Assembly (NCBI GenBank): GCA_002633005.1
Contig: NMRA01000635.1
Span: forward strand, 174,344-238,343
Direction of reading: 5' to 3'
DNA length: 64,000 nt
Source: Phoronis australis
Taxonomy: Eukaryota > Animalia > Phoronida
Of the stretch, positions 60,331 to 64,000 are shown piece by piece. The stretch's first letter is position 1. Each line of letters begins with the position of its first letter. Made by a program: the position numbers and the translations under genes. The notes below the pieces were generated by a model that was not told the origin of the DNA, did not search any database, and saw only the letters and a program-made list of their open reading frames with translations.

Positions 60331-62489
60331 CAGGGCTCGACGCTTTTAAAATCGCCAGGTCGCATTTTGCGACTTAGCCAAATCCCAGGTCGCATTTTCA
60401 AAATCCAGCTCGCATTCGTAAATGCCAGGTCGCAAAATTTTCCCGCCATTTTTACGCGCCAAAATAGATTTTTTAAATCATCGCTCTTACCTGCAGCGTT
60501 AAATACACACAAATTTCGGATCTCAAAATTGACTTCATTCATGCAGGTACGGCCTTAGGCCTACTGTTCTTCACGACCGCCATTGAAAGACAAGTTGCCG
60601 ACGTGAAAGTTGAATCAGTGTTCTCTTACTGACTTGTGCATTCGAGTAGCTAAATTTGCGATGTGAAAAGGGAGAAAACGCCCGTTGAAAAACTATCCGG
60701 GATTTTGTTAGATCTGGCCTGCTACTGGCTGTCATTAAAGTCGTTAACGATTCAAACTAACTCGGGTAATGGCGAGTTTGCTCCTCAATACCTTCCAAGT
60801 ACGGGAAAAATTGGTCAGTCACAAAACGACACGCATGTCACTAGTGTTAACTTTCTTTCCGAGGTATAAAACAAAGCCGGGATTTGGTTTTTACATATTG
60901 TGAAAAGACGTTTTTGAAAACTGAAGTTGTGTAAAATGAAAGTGACACACCATATAAGCTGCGTGTCAATTTTAAACCACACGCGGTCGTTTGTAGTGCG
61001 CTATGATGGGCGCTAGCTTGAACTGTGGGCGCTTAATTGGAAATTCTCAAAATTTAAAGGGGGACTGTTAATAGATCAGTGAGCGCTTATTATGAAACAC
61101 TTTAAAGGTAGGGAGTAGGCTTGTGCATGAGCATAGTCGTTAAGCTCAGTGTTTGCGGTAATAAGGTATTAAAACGCTGCAATGGTAAGAAAAGTTATAA
61201 TAATACGATTATGCGAGGCAAACTCCATCTTGTAGGGGTGACTTTCTGGATATCGTTACCACCTACATTGTACCCTTCTTAGCCACCCGGAATGATTTTG
61301 TTTTTAACTGCCCGCTTCAGCCGGAACAAGGTTGTTTCTATAGGAGTCTGAACATTTTACGGCGACGGTAGTTCGGGGAACGAAAAGTTGCCGGGGAGGG
61401 GGGATGTATAAAGAGAAGAATGAAAAGTTCGGTAACTTGAACCACAGTTTCGCAACTAGTGCCAGTTTAGTTGCAATAGCTAGCTACGGGTATAGAATTC
61501 AGGGTTTACAGAACATCGACCTCGGGAAACATACATGTAGGAACAGGAAAACGTCAGTTCTGGGTTATATCGGTCCTGGACAACGGGTCTTTTATAACCG
61601 CTGGGAATCTGAGTTCATTTTCAAATAAACGAGAGCCAGAGCTTTCATTTAGGACTGTCGCTGTTCTTTGAATTGGTGCGCACGCATGAGTTCACGCACT
61701 TGAATCGCTGGAGTAGGCCTAAACTTTACGTTGGCAACAACGTAAGAAAGACAAATCATATTTCGGGCACGTAGCCCCAGAATCAAGTAAAGGGTTTGAG
61801 AATTTCTTGGCAACTGAAAGTAAAGACGTGACCGTCGTTTGGCGATTAATAAGGTTGACATTTTCACTTTGGTTGTCTTAGTACGATAAAAAGGAGAAGC
61901 ACATCTCAGTCTAAGTCACGATTGTCTGCCGGGACCGCTTGCGCGCGGCGGTGTCGCAGTGCGATATCAGGGATATTGTTGTGGATATTTGGTTCATGTA
62001 ATAAGGACATCATATGTGAAAAAATAAACATTTTTGTCCACCACAAAGTTTGGTAAGTTGGTCACTTAAGAATTAGTAGAAACACCGCTGTTTTGTAAAG
62101 TTTTATCACGTGTAAAGCTGTGGCCCGAAACTTTCTTCGGCGAATCCGGGACTTTACTTAAGTGGCCGAAAGTGTTAGCCAATGAAACGCTTCAAAGATC
62201 GATTCTGCATATCCCATGTTCACACGACTTGCTTACAAGTCATCGGGAGGGCTGTTCTCGGTTAGTGTTCTTTTGAACTTGGATTTGGCAACAACCAAAT
62301 AACGGTCGGATTAACAAGAGCTGCTTTGTATTTGCCACGTATCTGTTGAGAAGTGTAAAAACTCATCTCGCATTCGTTAGAAATTCCAGGTCGTATTTTG
62401 CGACTTGATACGAGCTGACAAATATCTCAGCTCGCATTTTCAAATTTCAGGTCGCAAATGCGACCTGCAGCTCGTTATGTCGAGCCCTG
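60331..62489. mobile_element. Non-autonomous hAT5-type element, 2.16 kb
   Basis: 11-bp TIRs cagggctcgac / gtcgagccctg; 5-bp TSD ttggg; clustered subterminal caggtcgca/cagctcgca repeats at both ends. Confidence 0.85.
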
Positions 62490-63920
62490 TTGGGATAGCA
62501 GTCATTCACCATTCAAAACCAAAACACTGTGAGTGAAACGCTCAACAGTGACTAATTGGAAACTGTTGGGAGTCAGTACCCGGTTGTATGAAAGAGTTCT
62601 AACAGGGACTCGACTAAGTTCCCTTAACCTACTGTGTATTAGCGGTCTCATGAAAGCACTGATTGTCCTTTCTTTGAGTCTCATTACTTAGTCAGTGTTT
62701 GGTTTTGATGCAAATTGAGAGTGAATTCTACGTTGAATTCTCAGTATTATTGAAAATTTGTAGGGATCTTTCTTGCAGCAACCCTAATTTAAGGACTAAG
62801 TTTTTAGTTACGTTATTAGAAAATGTCATTTAGCTTAAGAGTGGCTAATGATCAAGATAAAATGATAGAAAAATTTTTCATCAAGGAGTAAAGAACGAAA
62901 CAAATATGCAAAAGATTTAGGGAATTTAGTTGCGTCCTTATTTGGGACTGTTTCATACAAGTTGGCACTGGAGAATACGATGTCCTTGAACAGTTCATGT
63001 TTCTTACAAATAATTACAAAATAATGTACATAGTCACAGTAGGGACAATACTGGCCTATTATGCTTTGTTTGTCAACTGCTCGGGTTTTCTCTTGGTTGA
63101 ACTACTTACGACCTGATGCTGTGGCGCAAAGTTCGGCAGGCCAATTTACCAAGGTCCGTAGCAGGAGTTTGGGGTCTGTTCGGAGATAAATTCGAAGTAT
63201 TCTTCCGTGAAATACAGACAGGAGAACCCAGATCTGTGTTGTTTAGACTTCCGATTTTTTGAGTTCTAAACACAAAAAAACGCTTGTTATTCCAGCCAGT
63301 GGCTCCAGGCTCGTCGCGGCCGGACTGAGTCGTTATGCAAGTTTAGTTTATGCCATACAACCTCCGTGAAGGTGGAGGAGGTTGTCAATTTCAATTATAC
63401 CAGTTGGGTCCTTTTCAATGAGACCAGTTGTGTCCATTTCACATGTCACCAAATGCATTTGTCTCTTGTATCTTGTTTTGTGTACTAATCATTTAGTTTC
63501 TTTTACTGTTACATCTTTTTGTTCATTTCAGCAATTCACAGAATTGACTGTTATTGTGTTGGCGTTTCTAATGGAGCCAAGCAAGGTAAACCATGTAGAG
63601 TGCTTGTCTTAATCCACATATCCCAGTGAGGGGAAGAGTTTTGCTCACTTGTGCTGAGTTTAAGAATCTGTGCAAGGAGCTGATTGAACTTTTTACTTAT
63701 AATTTATTTCTTAAAGGAATTTGGACATTTTGGATTTTGGCAGCAGTTCAATACATTTATTTCAGGACTCCATGGATACCCATAGTAAAGACATGTTTGG
63801 AAATTTTGTAATTCTCGTTTGAATTTTCTGTTGAGAAATGTAACAACTTCCTGCCTTTGTGCTTGTACTGTGAAGGTGGAGAGTTTGTGGGTAGTATACT
63901 GATGTAACTGTAAGTGTGAG

Positions 63921-64000
63921 GGGCCGATCTAGGGCTGATCTAGGGCCGATCTAGGGCTGATCTAGGACCGATCTAGGGCCGATCTAGGGCCGATCTAGGG
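63921..64000. repeat. Minisatellite, 11-bp unit, runs off the window end
   Basis: ggccgatctag in tandem. Confidence 0.9.

Noticed and set aside
63100-63600. Candidate upstream SNAPC1 exon (minus donor at ~63105) and a plus-strand exon-like segment at 63532-63585
   Set aside because: The translations contain stops or show no similarity to the SNAPC1 N-terminus; at best a decayed THAP-like remnant (CLYFTEEYFE).

Overview
Eukaryotic (animal, probably marine invertebrate) draft-assembly window, AT-rich, with N gaps at 24434-25426 and 54900-54952 and single-N contig joins at 10999, 27369, 31340, 40209, 46955 and 55697. Three intron-containing genes can be reconstructed by hand. (1) A complete 281-aa SLC25 mitochondrial carrier (minus, 977-8817, 7 coding exons). 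(2) CZIB/C1orf123 (plus, ~9394-35193; first 6-nt exon tentative), head-to-head with the carrier. (3) The 3' 383 codons of SNAPC1 (minus, 38833-50260; N-terminal exons not found). Introns are packed with nested mobile elements whose ends and target-site duplications (TSDs) are readable: Helentron-type HINEs, Academ, Kolobok (THAP), ISL2EU, hAT/hAT5 MITEs, Harbinger MITEs, MULE, Tc1/mariner, L2/CR1-group LINE, Penelope, a solo LTR and a tRNA-SINE, plus many minisatellites. The most notable observations are: a HINE family whose internal tandem array carries a co-oriented CTCF-consensus motif about every 130-165 bp; a five-fold tandem amplification of a SNAPC1 splice acceptor; filled and empty transposon alleles assembled side by side; and a decayed HDV-like ribozyme fold. 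Most long ORFs in the supplied track are minisatellite or gap artefacts. All family assignments are by eye, without database searches.
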